A DNA stretch of 64,000 nucleotides from an uncultured Acidobacteriota bacterium (lineage in GTDB: Bacteria > Acidobacteriota > Polarisedimenticolia > J045): positions 1 through 64,000 of the forward strand of contig CAVPCQ010000039.1 of assembly GCA_963702425.1 (NCBI GenBank), in the 5' to 3' direction. The position numbers and the translations under genes are program-made. Under the pieces are notes generated by a model. It was not told where the DNA came from and searched no databases. It was given only the letters and a program-made list of their open reading frames with translations. Shown piece by piece: positions 41,305 to 51,037 of the stretch; positions within the stretch are counted from its first letter, which is position 1; every line of letters begins with the position of its first letter.

Positions 41305-42315
41305 TCAGTCGGGCGATTCTCCCCAAACCCGCAGCACCTCCGCCACCCGGTGCGAGTACCCCCACTCGTTGTCGTACCAGGCGATCACCCGGGCAAGCTG
41401 GGGTCCTGGGACCTCGAGCAGAGGAAGGTCGACGACCGATGAGCGCGAATCGCCCTTGAAGTCGACTGAAACCAGCGGTTCGTCGGTGACCCCGAGGCGG
41501 CCCGCGAGCGGGGGGTCGGCGGCGGCGGCCCGGAACCGGTCGGCGAGCCCGTCGCGCGGGCCGGCCGGCCGTTCGGTCTGGGCCACCACCTCGACCAGGC
41601 TGACCGACGCCGTCGGGACGCGGATCGCGAGGCACGAGACCCGGCCCGCCAGCCGCGGAAGCGCCGCCGCCAACCCCGCACCCGCCGAGGTCGTGGTCGG
41701 GATCATCGACAGCAGCGCCGAACGAGCCCGGCGCGGGTCGGCGTGCGGTTGGTCCATCGTCACCTGCGACCCGGTCGTGCAGTGGACCGTCGTCACCTCG
41801 GCCGCGATCACGCCGAACCAGCGATCGAGCAGGGCCAGCGGGAGCGCCGCGGCCTGCGTGGTGCAGGAGGCGACCGAGACCACCCGACGGTCCCCGGCCG
41901 CGGCGAGGTCGGCGAGGCCCGGAACGAGCGTCGCGTCGGCGCCGGGACAGACGGCGGTCACGAGCACCCGCGGGATCCCCCCGGCGAGGTGCCGGCGCGC
42001 CTCGTCGGCACGCGAGAAGCGCCCGGTCGCCTCGACCACCGCGGCCACCTCATGGGCACGCCACGGGATCGCTTCAGGACACGCGAAGGCCGTGAACGGA
42101 ATCGACCGGCCGGCGACGCGGAGCGCGTCCGCGGTGGCCTCGACCGCGAACGACGGAGCGCCGTAGATGCTGTCGTGGCGCAGCAGGTGCGCCACCGCCG
42201 GCGCCCCGGCGACATCGTTGATCGCGGCGATCTCGACCGTCGGATCGTCGACGAGCAGGCGCAGCAGCGTGCGCCCGATGCGGCCCGCGCCGTTGAGTCC
42301 GACCCGGAGCGGCAT
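41305..42315 (-). CDS. gap: Glyceraldehyde-3-phosphate dehydrogenase family protein (divergent)
   Basis: NGAGRIGR, EATG, ASCTT, RVPT, WYDNEWGYS; upstream of pgk. Confidence 0.8.
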   Translation of the reverse strand: MPLRVGLNGAGRIGRTLLRLLVDDPTVEIAAINDVAGAPAVAHLLRHDSIYGAPSFAVEATADALRVAGRSIPFTAFACPEAIPWRAHEVAAVVEATGRFSRADEARRHLAGGIPRVLVTAVCPGADATLVPGLADLAAAGDRRVVSVASCTTQAAALPLALLDRWFGVIAAEVTTVHCTTGSQVTMDQPHADPRRARSALLSMIPTTTSAGAGLAAALPRLAGRVSCLAIRVPTASVSLVEVVAQTERPAGPRDGLADRFRAAAADPPLAGRLGVTDEPLVSVDFKGDSRSSVVDLPLLEVPGPQLARVIAWYDNEWGYSHRVAEVLRVWGESPD

Positions 42316-42341
42316 CGCGTCCTCGCGGAAGGTGGAGAGAA

Positions 42342-43709
42342 TCAGGTTAGGAGCGCGGTCGACGACCTGTCAACGCGCGGGGAAACGAGCACGGCGCGCG
42401 ACCGGGCCGGGCGCGGCAGCCCGAGGATCTCGAGCACGGCGCGCCGATCGGCGGCCTCCAGGGCCAGCAAGCTGCGATCGGTGCGGCGGATCTTCTCGCG
42501 CCGCAGCACGCCCAGCACGGCGTCGCGCAGCGCGAGCCGCATCATGCCGCGGGCCCGGCGGTAGGCGCGCAGGACCGGCGCCAGCTCGCGTCGCGTGCCG
42601 ACGCTGGCCACCGCCTGGACCAGCTCGGCGCGGACGGGGAAGCGCCGGTCCTCGAGCAGTCCGCGCAGATCGTCGACCGCGATTCGCGATCCGGCCTGTG
42701 CCAGTGCGAGGTGCGCCCGGGCGCGCGCGCCGTGGAGCGGCCCGGGACCGTCCGCCTCGACTTCGGCCAGGGCGCGCACCAGCGCCGCGAGGCGCACCAC
42801 GATCGCCCGGCCGCCAGCGTGGGAGACGACCTCGACCAGCGTCTCGAGCGGAACCGGTTCGCGCACCAGGTCGAGGTACGGCCCGACGCGCGCCAGCTGG
42901 CGCGGCGAGAGCTCCTTGAGCAGGAGCACGACGCGGCGGGCGTACTCGCGGTCTTCGGGCCGGGCCAGCAGCGCGAGCACCGCGGGCTCGACGACCGCGC
43001 CGCCAGCGAGCCCGAGTTGGGCGATCGCGCGCCGCCAGGACCCGAGGCGCGGGCTGCCGAGCTCGTCGAACAGCCGTTGGATCGCCCAACCCTCGAGCCG
43101 CGGCCGCGCGTTGGCGGCCAGGATGCGCCGCGCCCGCTGAGCCACCGCGGCCGAGGGGTCGGCCGCCAACCGCTCCAGCAGCGCCCGGACCGGGACCGCC
43201 CCGCTCCGTCCGGCGATCCAGGGGACCGCCTCGAGTGCCGCGACGCGCACGCGGGGATCTTCCGCTTCGTCAGAAAGGCGCTCGAGCAGCGGCCGGGAGG
43301 CGTTGTCGTGCCCGGTCTGCGCGAGGCGCGCGAGCGAGCGGATCGCGACGTGCCGCACTCGGGCCTCGGGCTCGCGCGCGAGGAGACGCGCCAGGGCGGC
43401 GACGGTGTCGGGGGCGGGGACGCGGGCCAGCGCTCCTGCCGCGCGCTGGCGCACCAGCGCAGACGGGTCGTACAGGAGCGAGGCCAGGGGGCGTGCGGCG
43501 CGCGCGTCGCCCAGCAGGCCGAGCAGTGAGATCGAGCGGAGCCGCAGGCGATCGTCATCGGCGTCGAGGCAGGCGACCAGCAGCGGCACCGCGCGCGGCG
43601 GATCGGCGACCAGCGCCTCCTTGGCGGCGCCGGCGGTGTCGGGATCGGCGGAGGCGAGCCCCTTGAGGAGGGGATCACGTTCGTTTCTCGCCGCCGAGAG
43701 GACCGCCAT
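42342..43709 (-). CDS. HEAT-repeat protein
   Basis: Repeats such as LYDPSALVRQRAAGALA and EDPRVRVAALEA; ATG after GGGGAG. Confidence 0.78.
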   Translation of the reverse strand: MAVLSAARNERDPLLKGLASADPDTAGAAKEALVADPPRAVPLLVACLDADDDRLRLRSISLLGLLGDARAARPLASLLYDPSALVRQRAAGALARVPAPDTVAALARLLAREPEARVRHVAIRSLARLAQTGHDNASRPLLERLSDEAEDPRVRVAALEAVPWIAGRSGAVPVRALLERLAADPSAAVAQRARRILAANARPRLEGWAIQRLFDELGSPRLGSWRRAIAQLGLAGGAVVEPAVLALLARPEDREYARRVVLLLKELSPRQLARVGPYLDLVREPVPLETLVEVVSHAGGRAIVVRLAALVRALAEVEADGPGPLHGARARAHLALAQAGSRIAVDDLRGLLEDRRFPVRAELVQAVASVGTRRELAPVLRAYRRARGMMRLALRDAVLGVLRREKIRRTDRSLLALEAADRRAVLEILGLPRPARSRAVLVSPRVDRSSTALLT

Positions 43710-43989
43710 CGACACACACTCCCCGTCCCGGGCTGAACGCTCTCCCGCCCGGATCTCCGTCCCTGATTTGATGCGTGCAACGACGATTCGTGGCGAACGT
43801 CTTCCCGTACGCTCCCGCGAGCCGGCGCGCATCTTGAGGTTTGCGATGGCGGCGGTCAAGGGCGCCCGAAATGTTTCTCGTAAGCGAAACAGCGAGAGCG
43901 AGTTGACGCGCGCTGTTGCGTCGGACGAAGCGCCGCGCGGCTGGCACGGTTTCACTGCCGCGCGCACGCGGCCGGGGTAGAATCACCGC

Positions 43990-44526
43990 ATGCGAATGCG
44001 AGGCGTACGGCGGGTCCCGGGAGCCGCCGCCCTCTTCGCCGCCGTGGCGCTCGCCGCGTGCGGCGCGCCGGGCGGCGGGACCGAGGGGCCACGCGGAGGC
44101 AGCCGACCCGTGTCCGCGTCACGGCTCGAGGACGCGCGCTCGGTCCTCGCCACGACGCCGACCGGGACGACGCTGGTGCTCGAGGTGGCGCGAACGACCG
44201 CCGAGCGCGCGCGCGGGCTGATGCGCCGCACCGAGGTGCCGCCGGGGACCGGGATGATCTTCTTCTTCGAGGTCCCGGGGCGGCACTCCTTCTGGATGTA
44301 CAACTGCCTGGTCGCGCTCGACCTGGTGTGGGTTGACGCGCGCGGCACGGTGATCGACGTGGAGGTCGCCGCGCCGCCTTGCCCCGTCGAGCCGTGCGAC
44401 TCGTACGGTCCGTCAGGCGACGCCTCGATGGTGATCGAAGTCGCCGCGCACGAGGCTGCCCGGCTCGGGCTGGTTCCGGGCGCGCGCGTCCTGCTCGCCG
44501 CGGCCCCCGGGGCGGGGGTGCCGTGA
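43990..44526 (+). CDS. DUF192 domain lipoprotein
   Basis: Lipobox LAAC; EVA.T..ERARGLM, GMIF, FWMYN...LD, PC...PC.SY, VIEV. Confidence 0.9.
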   Translation: MRMRGVRRVPGAAALFAAVALAACGAPGGGTEGPRGGSRPVSASRLEDARSVLATTPTGTTLVLEVARTTAERARGLMRRTEVPPGTGMIFFFEVPGRHSFWMYNCLVALDLVWVDARGTVIDVEVAAPPCPVEPCDSYGPSGDASMVIEVAAHEAARLGLVPGARVLLAAAPGAGVP

Positions 44527-45668
44527 GCGGCGCGCTCCTCGCACTGGCGCTGGCCGGCGCGCCGGTTGCCGGCGCAGCACAGGCGGTCCCGCCGCCGGAC
44601 GCGGCGTCTGCCGTCTCCAGCGAGGCCCTTGCCGTCGCGCCGGCGTTCGCGCCGAAGGACCTCGTTGCCGCAGTGCCGGCACGACTCGGGATCAACTGGA
44701 AGGGGGCGCCGCTCGCGGCCCGTGAGACCGGGCCGGCCGCACGGCGCGCCGCCGCCGCGATCGGGATGGCGGATGCGCTCGCGCCGCTCGCCGACCCGGC
44801 GTGCAGCGCGCTGCTCGGCGCGATCGGGCTGCCGCCCGCTGCACCGGCCGCGCTGGCGGAGGCCTGGCCGGAGGGCTTTCCGGCCGCGCTGCCGGGAAGC
44901 GCGGTGCTGCTCGTCCCCGAGAGCGTGCCGCCGATCCCCGAGCAGGAGGTGGACTTTCTGCGCGCCACCGGCGTCCTGCCGCTCGAGGTCGCGCTGACCG
45001 GCGAGTGGTTGCGCGCCGTGGGCAGCCAGCACGCGGGGCCGGCAGCGGCAGACCCGCTCCTGCGTGCTGCCCGCGCGGCTCGCCTGGAGGGTGCGGCCAG
45101 GCTGGCCGGGATCCTGGTGTCGATTGCCGGGACCGGCGTCGACCCGCGGGACGTCGGGTCGGGCCTGCTGGCCCTCGACCGGGACCGCGCCAGCTGGCCG
45201 CGGGTGGCAACGGTCGAGGCCGCCGGGGACCCGGTGCGCGCGGCGCTGGTGCGGGAGCTGCTGGAGGACGGGCTGCGCTGGGCGGTCTTCCAGTACTCCC
45301 GGGGCGGCCTGGTGGGACTGCTGGCCGCGCTGGAGCGCCCGGCCGGCCCCACCGAACTCATCCGGCCCGGGTCGATCCGTCCGCTGCCCGAAGGACTGCC
45401 TCCGGGCTGCCGGCTGGGACCGCGGGCCGCAGCCGCGCTCTACGGCGGGGACCACGACGCCGCCTGGGTCGCCGACCTGCTGGCTGACTCGGCCCAGGTC
45501 GGCGAGGGGGGGAGAATCGCCGTCACCCTGGTCTTCGAGGCCCCTCACGCCGCGGAGGAGGCCGCAGCGGCGCTCCGATCGAGGGGAGCGGTAGTCGAGG
45601 TAGCGGGGAGCACCGTCCGCGGGATCCTCCGGCCCCGGCGCGAACAGCCCCTTACTCGTCAGCCTTGA
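44523..45668 (+). CDS. Secreted hypothetical protein
   Basis: GTGA overlap with the DUF192 gene; signal-like N-terminus; fills the gap to the nuo promoter. Confidence 0.6.
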   Translation: MSGALLALALAGAPVAGAAQAVPPPDAASAVSSEALAVAPAFAPKDLVAAVPARLGINWKGAPLAARETGPAARRAAAAIGMADALAPLADPACSALLGAIGLPPAAPAALAEAWPEGFPAALPGSAVLLVPESVPPIPEQEVDFLRATGVLPLEVALTGEWLRAVGSQHAGPAAADPLLRAARAARLEGAARLAGILVSIAGTGVDPRDVGSGLLALDRDRASWPRVATVEAAGDPVRAALVRELLEDGLRWAVFQYSRGGLVGLLAALERPAGPTELIRPGSIRPLPEGLPPGCRLGPRAAAALYGGDHDAAWVADLLADSAQVGEGGRIAVTLVFEAPHAAEEAAAALRSRGAVVEVAGSTVRGILRPRREQPLTRQP

Positions 45669-45694
45669 CCGTCACGTCGGCGCTTTGCTAGTCT
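45665..45694 (+). promoter_or_regulatory. Candidate sigma70 promoter of the nuo operon
   Basis: TTGACC-N18-TAGTCT. Confidence 0.55.
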
Positions 45695-45868
45695 AACTGT
45701 CCTTTAGTGCCGGCTTCCGGAGGAAACGCTCCGGGTAACCCCCCCCGCCCGCCGGTGGTAGCGGACCCCTCGTTCTGACGGACGAAGTCGACGAAGATCG
45801 GCGTAAGCCGGAGGGGACGGGAACTGCCGACGAGGTCCGGGCGCGCCGCGCGCCGGGAGGAGTCAAGC

Positions 45869-46222
45869 ATGGAACAGTACCTCCCCATTCTCGGCATGGT
45901 CCTGATCGGAATCGGGCTGCCGGTGGTCGCGATCGTGTTCGCGCGGCTGCTCGCCCCGCACCGGCCGGGAGGGATGAAAGGTGAGCCGTACGAGTGCGGC
46001 ATCGAGGCCACGACCGGGATCCGCGAGCGGATGTCGGTGCGCTACTACCTGATCGCGGTGATCTTCGTGGTCTTCGACGTCGAGACGATCTTCATGTTCC
46101 CGTGGGCGGTGCAGTACCGGGTGCTCGGCCTTTTCGGCCTGGTGGAGATGGTGATCTTCATCGCCATCCTGCTGCTCGCCTACTTCTACGTGATCAAGAA
46201 GGGGGCTCTGAAGTGGGCCTGA
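45869..46222 (+). CDS. nuoA: NADH-quinone oxidoreductase subunit A
   Basis: [26 protein letters not shown]. Confidence 0.96.
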   Translation: MEQYLPILGMVLIGIGLPVVAIVFARLLAPHRPGGMKGEPYECGIEATTGIRERMSVRYYLIAVIFVVFDVETIFMFPWAVQYRVLGLFGLVEMVIFIAILLLAYFYVIKKGALKWA

Positions 46223-46707
46223 GCGATTGGGAACTCCCGCCGGGCGTGGTCACGACGACCGTCGACTCGGTCTTCAACTGGGCGCGCAGGTCGTCGCTCT
46301 GGCCGATGACCTTCGGCCTCGCCTGCTGCGCGATCGAGATGATGGCGGCCGGTGCTTCGCGTTTCGATCTCGACCGCTTCGGCATGGGGATCTTCCGCGC
46401 GACCCCGCGACAGTCGGACCTGATGATCGTCGCCGGCTCCGTGACCGAGAAGATGGCGCCGCTGATCCTCCGGCTGTGGGAGCAGATGCCGGAACCGAAG
46501 TGGTGCATGGCGATGGGCATCTGTGCCACCTCCGGCGGCCCGTTCCCGACCTACAGCCACGTCCAGGGGGTCGACCGAATCGTGCCGGTGGACGTTTACG
46601 TGCCGGGCTGTCCGCCCCGGCCCGAGGCCCTGATCTACGGGCTGATGAAGCTGCAGGACAAGATCCAGAGGGAAACGCTCGCGCGAAAGCGCGTGTCGCG
46701 AGGATGA
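46213..46707 (+). CDS. nuoB: NADH-quinone oxidoreductase subunit B
   Basis: [40 protein letters not shown]. Confidence 0.96.
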   Translation: MGLSDWELPPGVVTTTVDSVFNWARRSSLWPMTFGLACCAIEMMAAGASRFDLDRFGMGIFRATPRQSDLMIVAGSVTEKMAPLILRLWEQMPEPKWCMAMGICATSGGPFPTYSHVQGVDRIVPVDVYVPGCPPRPEALIYGLMKLQDKIQRETLARKRVSRG

Positions 46708-46713
46708 CGCCCG

Positions 46714-47313
46714 ATGTCCGACCAGGAACAGCCCAAGCCCCCCCAGCCGCCCGCCCCGCCTCCGGCCGCGGCGCCGGCGGCCGCGGCCCCCGCGCCGGCC
46801 AAGGAGAAGGCGCCCGACCCGCTCGCGGCGGTGGTCCCTTCGCCGGCGCTCGACCGCCTGCGCGCCGTGCACGGCGGGGCGGTCCGGGAGGTGCGCTTCT
46901 GGGCCGGGATGCCGCTGGTCGAGGTCGGCCGCGACCAGCTCCAGGCCGTCATGACGTTCCTGCGCGATGACCCGTCCTGCCGCTTCGATCACCTCTCGAC
47001 CTGCTTCGCCACCGACGTGCCCGAGCGCGCCGCCGAACCGCTCGAAATGACCTACTGCCTGTTCTCGTGGCCGACGCGCCAGCTGCTCGCGATCAAGGTG
47101 CGGACCACGGCCGAGCTGCCGATCCCGACCGTGTCCGGGGTCTGGCCGAGCGCCGACTGGAACGAGCGCGAGGCCTGGGACATGGTCGGCATCCGGTTCG
47201 AGGGTCACCCCAACCCGACCCGGATCCTGCTTCCCGACGACTGGCAGGGGCACCCGCTGCGCCGCGATTACCCGCTCGAAGGCAAGCCCGGCGACCACAA
47301 GGTCTATCGCTGA
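46714..47313 (+). CDS. nuoC: NADH-quinone oxidoreductase subunit C
   Basis: ADWNEREAWDMVGIRFEGHP..RIL...W.GHPLRRDYP. Confidence 0.95.
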   Translation: MSDQEQPKPPQPPAPPPAAAPAAAAPAPAKEKAPDPLAAVVPSPALDRLRAVHGGAVREVRFWAGMPLVEVGRDQLQAVMTFLRDDPSCRFDHLSTCFATDVPERAAEPLEMTYCLFSWPTRQLLAIKVRTTAELPIPTVSGVWPSADWNEREAWDMVGIRFEGHPNPTRILLPDDWQGHPLRRDYPLEGKPGDHKVYR

Positions 47314-47325
47314 GGAGAAGGTGGC

Positions 47326-48426
47326 GTGTACCAGACCTCCGAGCTCGAGATCAACATGGGACCGCAGCACCCCGCCACGCACGGGGTGCTCCGGCTCGTC
47401 CTGAAGCTCGACGGCGAGACGATCGTCGAGGTGCGGCCCGTCATCGGCTACCTCCACCGCGGGGTCGAGAAGCTGTCCGAGAACCGCGGCTACCGCAGCG
47501 TCACGCCGCTGACCGACCGCCTCGACTACTGCGCGGCCTTCTCCGAGAACCACTCCTACGTCGGCGCGGTCGAGAAGCTGATCGGCGTCGAGGTCCCGCC
47601 GCGCGCCCGGACGATGCGCGTCGTGCTGGCCGAGCTCCAGCGGATCACGTCACACCTGATCTGGCTCGCCACCCACGGCCTGGACATCGGCGCGATGACG
47701 ATCTTCCTCTACGCCTTCCGCGAGCGCGAGAAGTGCCTCGACCTGTTCGAGGGCTACTGCGGCGCGCGCCTGACCTACAACGCGCTGCGGATCGGCGGGC
47801 TGGCCCAGGAGTTCCCCGACGGCTGGGTCGAGGAGCTGAAGCGCTTCCTGGCCGAGCTGCCGACGCGCATCGAGCAGTACGAGACGCTCCTCACCGGGAA
47901 CCGGATCTGGCGGCAGCGGACCGAGGGGGTCGGGGTGATCGACGCGCAGACCGCGCTCGGGCTGGGCCTGACCGGCCCGACCCTCCGCGGCTCGGGCGTC
48001 GACTACGACGTTCGCAAGTACGCGCCGTACGAGAACTACGGCGAGTTCGACTTCGACATCCCGATCGGCTCGAAGGGGGACACCTACGACCGCTACCTGA
48101 TCCGGATGGAGGAGATGCGGCAGTCGCGGCAGATCATCCTGCAGGCGCTCGAGAGGATGCCCGATGGACCGATCCTCGCCAAGGTCGCGGGCCGCATCCG
48201 GCCGCCGAAGGGCGCGGAGGCGTACTTCATGACCGAGTCGCCGCGCGGCGAGATGTCGGTCTACCTGGTGTCCGACGGCAGCGACAAGCCCTACCGCGTG
48301 CGTTTCCGCTCGCCGTGCTTCAACAACCTGCAAGGCCTGCCGACGCTCGCGAAGGGGCACATGGTCGCCGACGTGGTGGCCCTGATCGGCAGCATCGACA
48401 TCGTGCTCGGCTGCGTGGACCGCTGA
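47326..48426 (+). CDS. nuoD: NADH-quinone oxidoreductase subunit D
   Basis: NMGPQHPATHGVLRL, GYLHRGVEK, DRLDY, ESPRGE. Confidence 0.96.
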   Translation: MYQTSELEINMGPQHPATHGVLRLVLKLDGETIVEVRPVIGYLHRGVEKLSENRGYRSVTPLTDRLDYCAAFSENHSYVGAVEKLIGVEVPPRARTMRVVLAELQRITSHLIWLATHGLDIGAMTIFLYAFREREKCLDLFEGYCGARLTYNALRIGGLAQEFPDGWVEELKRFLAELPTRIEQYETLLTGNRIWRQRTEGVGVIDAQTALGLGLTGPTLRGSGVDYDVRKYAPYENYGEFDFDIPIGSKGDTYDRYLIRMEEMRQSRQIILQALERMPDGPILAKVAGRIRPPKGAEAYFMTESPRGEMSVYLVSDGSDKPYRVRFRSPCFNNLQGLPTLAKGHMVADVVALIGSIDIVLGCVDR

Positions 48427-48447
48427 GCGGCAGGGAGGCGAAGGACC

Positions 48448-49539
48448 GTGTACCCCGTGCTCCAGTACTTCGTGGTGCCTTTCCTCCACGGCGTGGTGCT
48501 GACGCTGGTGCTCCTGCTGTGCGTCGCCTACCTGACCTTCATGGAACGCAAGGTGATCGCCTTCATGCAGGTCCGGATCGGGCCGAACCGAGTCGGGCCG
48601 CGGGGCCTGCTGCAGCCGATCGCCGACGTCGTCAAGCTGCTGATCAAGGAGGACCTGACCCCCGACGCCGCCGACCGCCGCGTCTTCTACATCGCGCCCG
48701 TGGTCGCGACCCTGGCCACGATCGCGGCCTTCGCCGTGATCCCGTACGGGGGGCCGGAGGCCACCCTCCAGATCTTCGGCTTCACGATCCGGCCGTACAT
48801 CGCCGACGTCAACGTCGGAATTCTCTACGTGATCTCGATCTCCTCGATCGGCGTGTTCGGGATCGTGCTCGGTGGCTGGGCCAGCAACTCGAAGTATCCG
48901 ATGCTCGGCGGGCTGCGGTCCGCGGCGCAGATGATCAGCTACGAGGTACCGTTCGGCCTCGCCATCATCGGCGTACTGATGATCACGGGGACGGCCTCCC
49001 TGGTCGAGATCGTGCAGTGGCAGCAGCAGCACACCTGGCTGTTCTGGCTCCAACCCTTCGCGCTCGTGCTGTTCTTCATCGCCGGCGTGGCCGAGAACAA
49101 CCGCGCCCCGTTCGACCTGCCGGAGGCCGAGAGCGAGCTCGTCGCCGGCTTCCACACGGAGTACAGCGGCTTCAAGTTCGCCTTCTTCTTCCTCGCCGAG
49201 TACATCGCGATGATCGTCGTCTCGGCGCTGGTCGTGACCCTCTTCTTCGGCGGCTGGCTGCCGGTCACCTTCGGACTGGGGCACCTGTTCCCGAGGATCC
49301 CGGCGCTGCTCTCCGGGGCCTGGGGCGGCCCCTGGGTGATGCTCCTCGCCGGGATGGGCTGGGTCTTCATCAAGATCTTCCTGATGCTCTACCTCTACCT
49401 CTGGATCCGCGCCACCTTCCCGCGCTACCGCTACGACCAGCTGATGAACATCGGCTGGAAGTTCATGATCCCGGCCAGCCTGGCCTGGATCGTGCTGACC
49501 GGCGCGGGCATTCTCGCCTTCCAGGCGATCCGTTCGTGA
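48448..49539 (+). CDS. nuoH: NADH-quinone oxidoreductase subunit H
   Basis: ERK...MQ.RIGPNRVG, GWASNSKY, AQMISYE, RAPFDLPEAESELVAG. Confidence 0.96.
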   Translation: MYPVLQYFVVPFLHGVVLTLVLLLCVAYLTFMERKVIAFMQVRIGPNRVGPRGLLQPIADVVKLLIKEDLTPDAADRRVFYIAPVVATLATIAAFAVIPYGGPEATLQIFGFTIRPYIADVNVGILYVISISSIGVFGIVLGGWASNSKYPMLGGLRSAAQMISYEVPFGLAIIGVLMITGTASLVEIVQWQQQHTWLFWLQPFALVLFFIAGVAENNRAPFDLPEAESELVAGFHTEYSGFKFAFFFLAEYIAMIVVSALVVTLFFGGWLPVTFGLGHLFPRIPALLSGAWGGPWVMLLAGMGWVFIKIFLMLYLYLWIRATFPRYRYDQLMNIGWKFMIPASLAWIVLTGAGILAFQAIRS

Positions 49540-49546
49540 GGCGCCC

Positions 49547-50077
49547 GTGAGCGAAGCAAGAGCCGTCGTCATTCCCCGGCCGCCGCCGCTTCCGCGGTGG
49601 AAACGGTTCCTCCTGGTCGAAATGCTGCAGGGGATGTCGGTCACGCTGACCCACTACATCCGTGGCTGGCGCGAGCCGTTCACCGTCCAGTACCCGGAGG
49701 AGCGGTTGCCGCTCGATCCGCGTTTCCGCGGCTACCCGCGGCTGCGGATGAACCCCGCGACCGGCGACGAGCTGTGCAACGTCTGCCGGCAGTGCGAGAA
49801 GATCTGCCCGACGCTCTGCATCACGATCGAGGAGGAGCAGCACCCCTCGGGCAAGGGGCGCCGGCCGAAGCAGTTCACGGTCGACTACGAGCGCTGCTGC
49901 CAGTGCGGACTGTGCGCCGAGGCCTGCGGCTCCGACCCGATCTCGGCGATCTACATGAGCCACGACTACGAGCTGGCCGACTTCACGCGGGATCGCTTCC
50001 GCGCCGAGAAGGACCGGTTGTACTTCGGGTTCCCCGCGGCCGCGCCATCGGAGCAGGGCAAGCCCCCGGGGAAGTGA
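49547..50077 (+). CDS. nuoI: NADH-quinone oxidoreductase subunit I
   Basis: TVQYPEE, RFRG, CNVCRQCEKICP, CCQCGLCAEAC. Confidence 0.94.
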   Translation: MSEARAVVIPRPPPLPRWKRFLLVEMLQGMSVTLTHYIRGWREPFTVQYPEERLPLDPRFRGYPRLRMNPATGDELCNVCRQCEKICPTLCITIEEEQHPSGKGRRPKQFTVDYERCCQCGLCAEACGSDPISAIYMSHDYELADFTRDRFRAEKDRLYFGFPAAAPSEQGKPPGK

Positions 50078-50140
50078 GGCGTCGCGCGGCGCGTCCCACG
50101 GGACGCGCCCGGCCGGCCGCGGGCCGGAGGTGAGGGGAAG

Positions 50141-50728
50141 GTGGAATTCGTCGTTTTCGCGATCTTCGGCGCGCTGGCCCTGGCCGGGGCGATCGGCGTG
50201 GTCGTGGCGCGGAACCCGGTGCACAGCGCGATCGGGCTGCTGGTCAGCCTGCTCGCCGTGGCCGGGCTGTTCCTCGTGCTGTGGGCGGAGTTCATCGCGG
50301 TCGTCCAGATCATGGTCTACGCGGGCGGCGTGATGGTGCTCTTCCTGTTCGTGATCATGCTCGTCGACCTCGAGCAGCGCGGATTCGATCTCGGCGCGGG
50401 GCGTATCGGTCCCCGGCCGGCGGCGTGGGAGCGAGCGATCTGGACCGTCGCGACGCTCGCCTTCGGCGGGCTCGTCGCCAGCCTCGCGGTGCGGTCGGCG
50501 AACCTCCCGCTCCCGTCGGCGGCGCGCGCAGCGACGATGCTGCAGGGCCCCTACAGCGTGGAGGGGCGCGGCCTCGGCAACACGCAGTGGATCGGGACGC
50601 TGCTCTACACCGATTGGCTCATCCCCTTCGAACTGGCGTCGGTCCTGCTGCTGGTGGCGATCATCGGCGCGGTGGTGCTGGCGCGGCCGGACGGCGCCGA
50701 GGGTCAGGGCGGGAGGGGGGCCGCATGA
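50141..50728 (+). CDS. nuoJ: NADH-quinone oxidoreductase subunit J
   Basis: NPVHSA, AEFIAVVQIMVYAGGVMVLFLFVIML, PFELASVLLL. Confidence 0.95.
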   Translation: MEFVVFAIFGALALAGAIGVVVARNPVHSAIGLLVSLLAVAGLFLVLWAEFIAVVQIMVYAGGVMVLFLFVIMLVDLEQRGFDLGAGRIGPRPAAWERAIWTVATLAFGGLVASLAVRSANLPLPSAARAATMLQGPYSVEGRGLGNTQWIGTLLYTDWLIPFELASVLLLVAIIGAVVLARPDGAEGQGGRGAA

Positions 50729-51030
50729 TCCTCTCGATGGCGCACGTGCTCATCGCCAGCGCGGCGATGCTGACGATCGGCATGATCGGTCTCATGATCC
50801 GCCGCAACGCGATCGTCATGTTCATGTCGGTCGAACTGATCCTGAATGCCGCGAACCTCAACCTGATCGGCTTCTCGCGCTTCCTGCCCGACCCCGTCGG
50901 ACAGATCTTCGTCACCTTCGTGATCGTCATTGCGGCCGCCGAGGTGGCGGTCGGGCTTGCCATCGTCCTCGCCCTGTATCGCAACCGCGACACGGTGATG
51001 GTGGACGAGGCGAGCACGATGAAGTGGTGA
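50725..51030 (+). CDS. nuoK: NADH-quinone oxidoreductase subunit K
   Basis: RRNAI..FMSVELILNAAN, AAAEVAVGLAI. Confidence 0.95.
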   Translation: MILSMAHVLIASAAMLTIGMIGLMIRRNAIVMFMSVELILNAANLNLIGFSRFLPDPVGQIFVTFVIVIAAAEVAVGLAIVLALYRNRDTVMVDEASTMKW

Positions 51031-51037
51031 GGCGGAC

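Noticed and set aside
43942-43958. TGGCACGGTTTCACTGC as a second sigma54 promoter
   Set aside because: The -24 box is good but there is no GC at the required GG-N10-GC spacing
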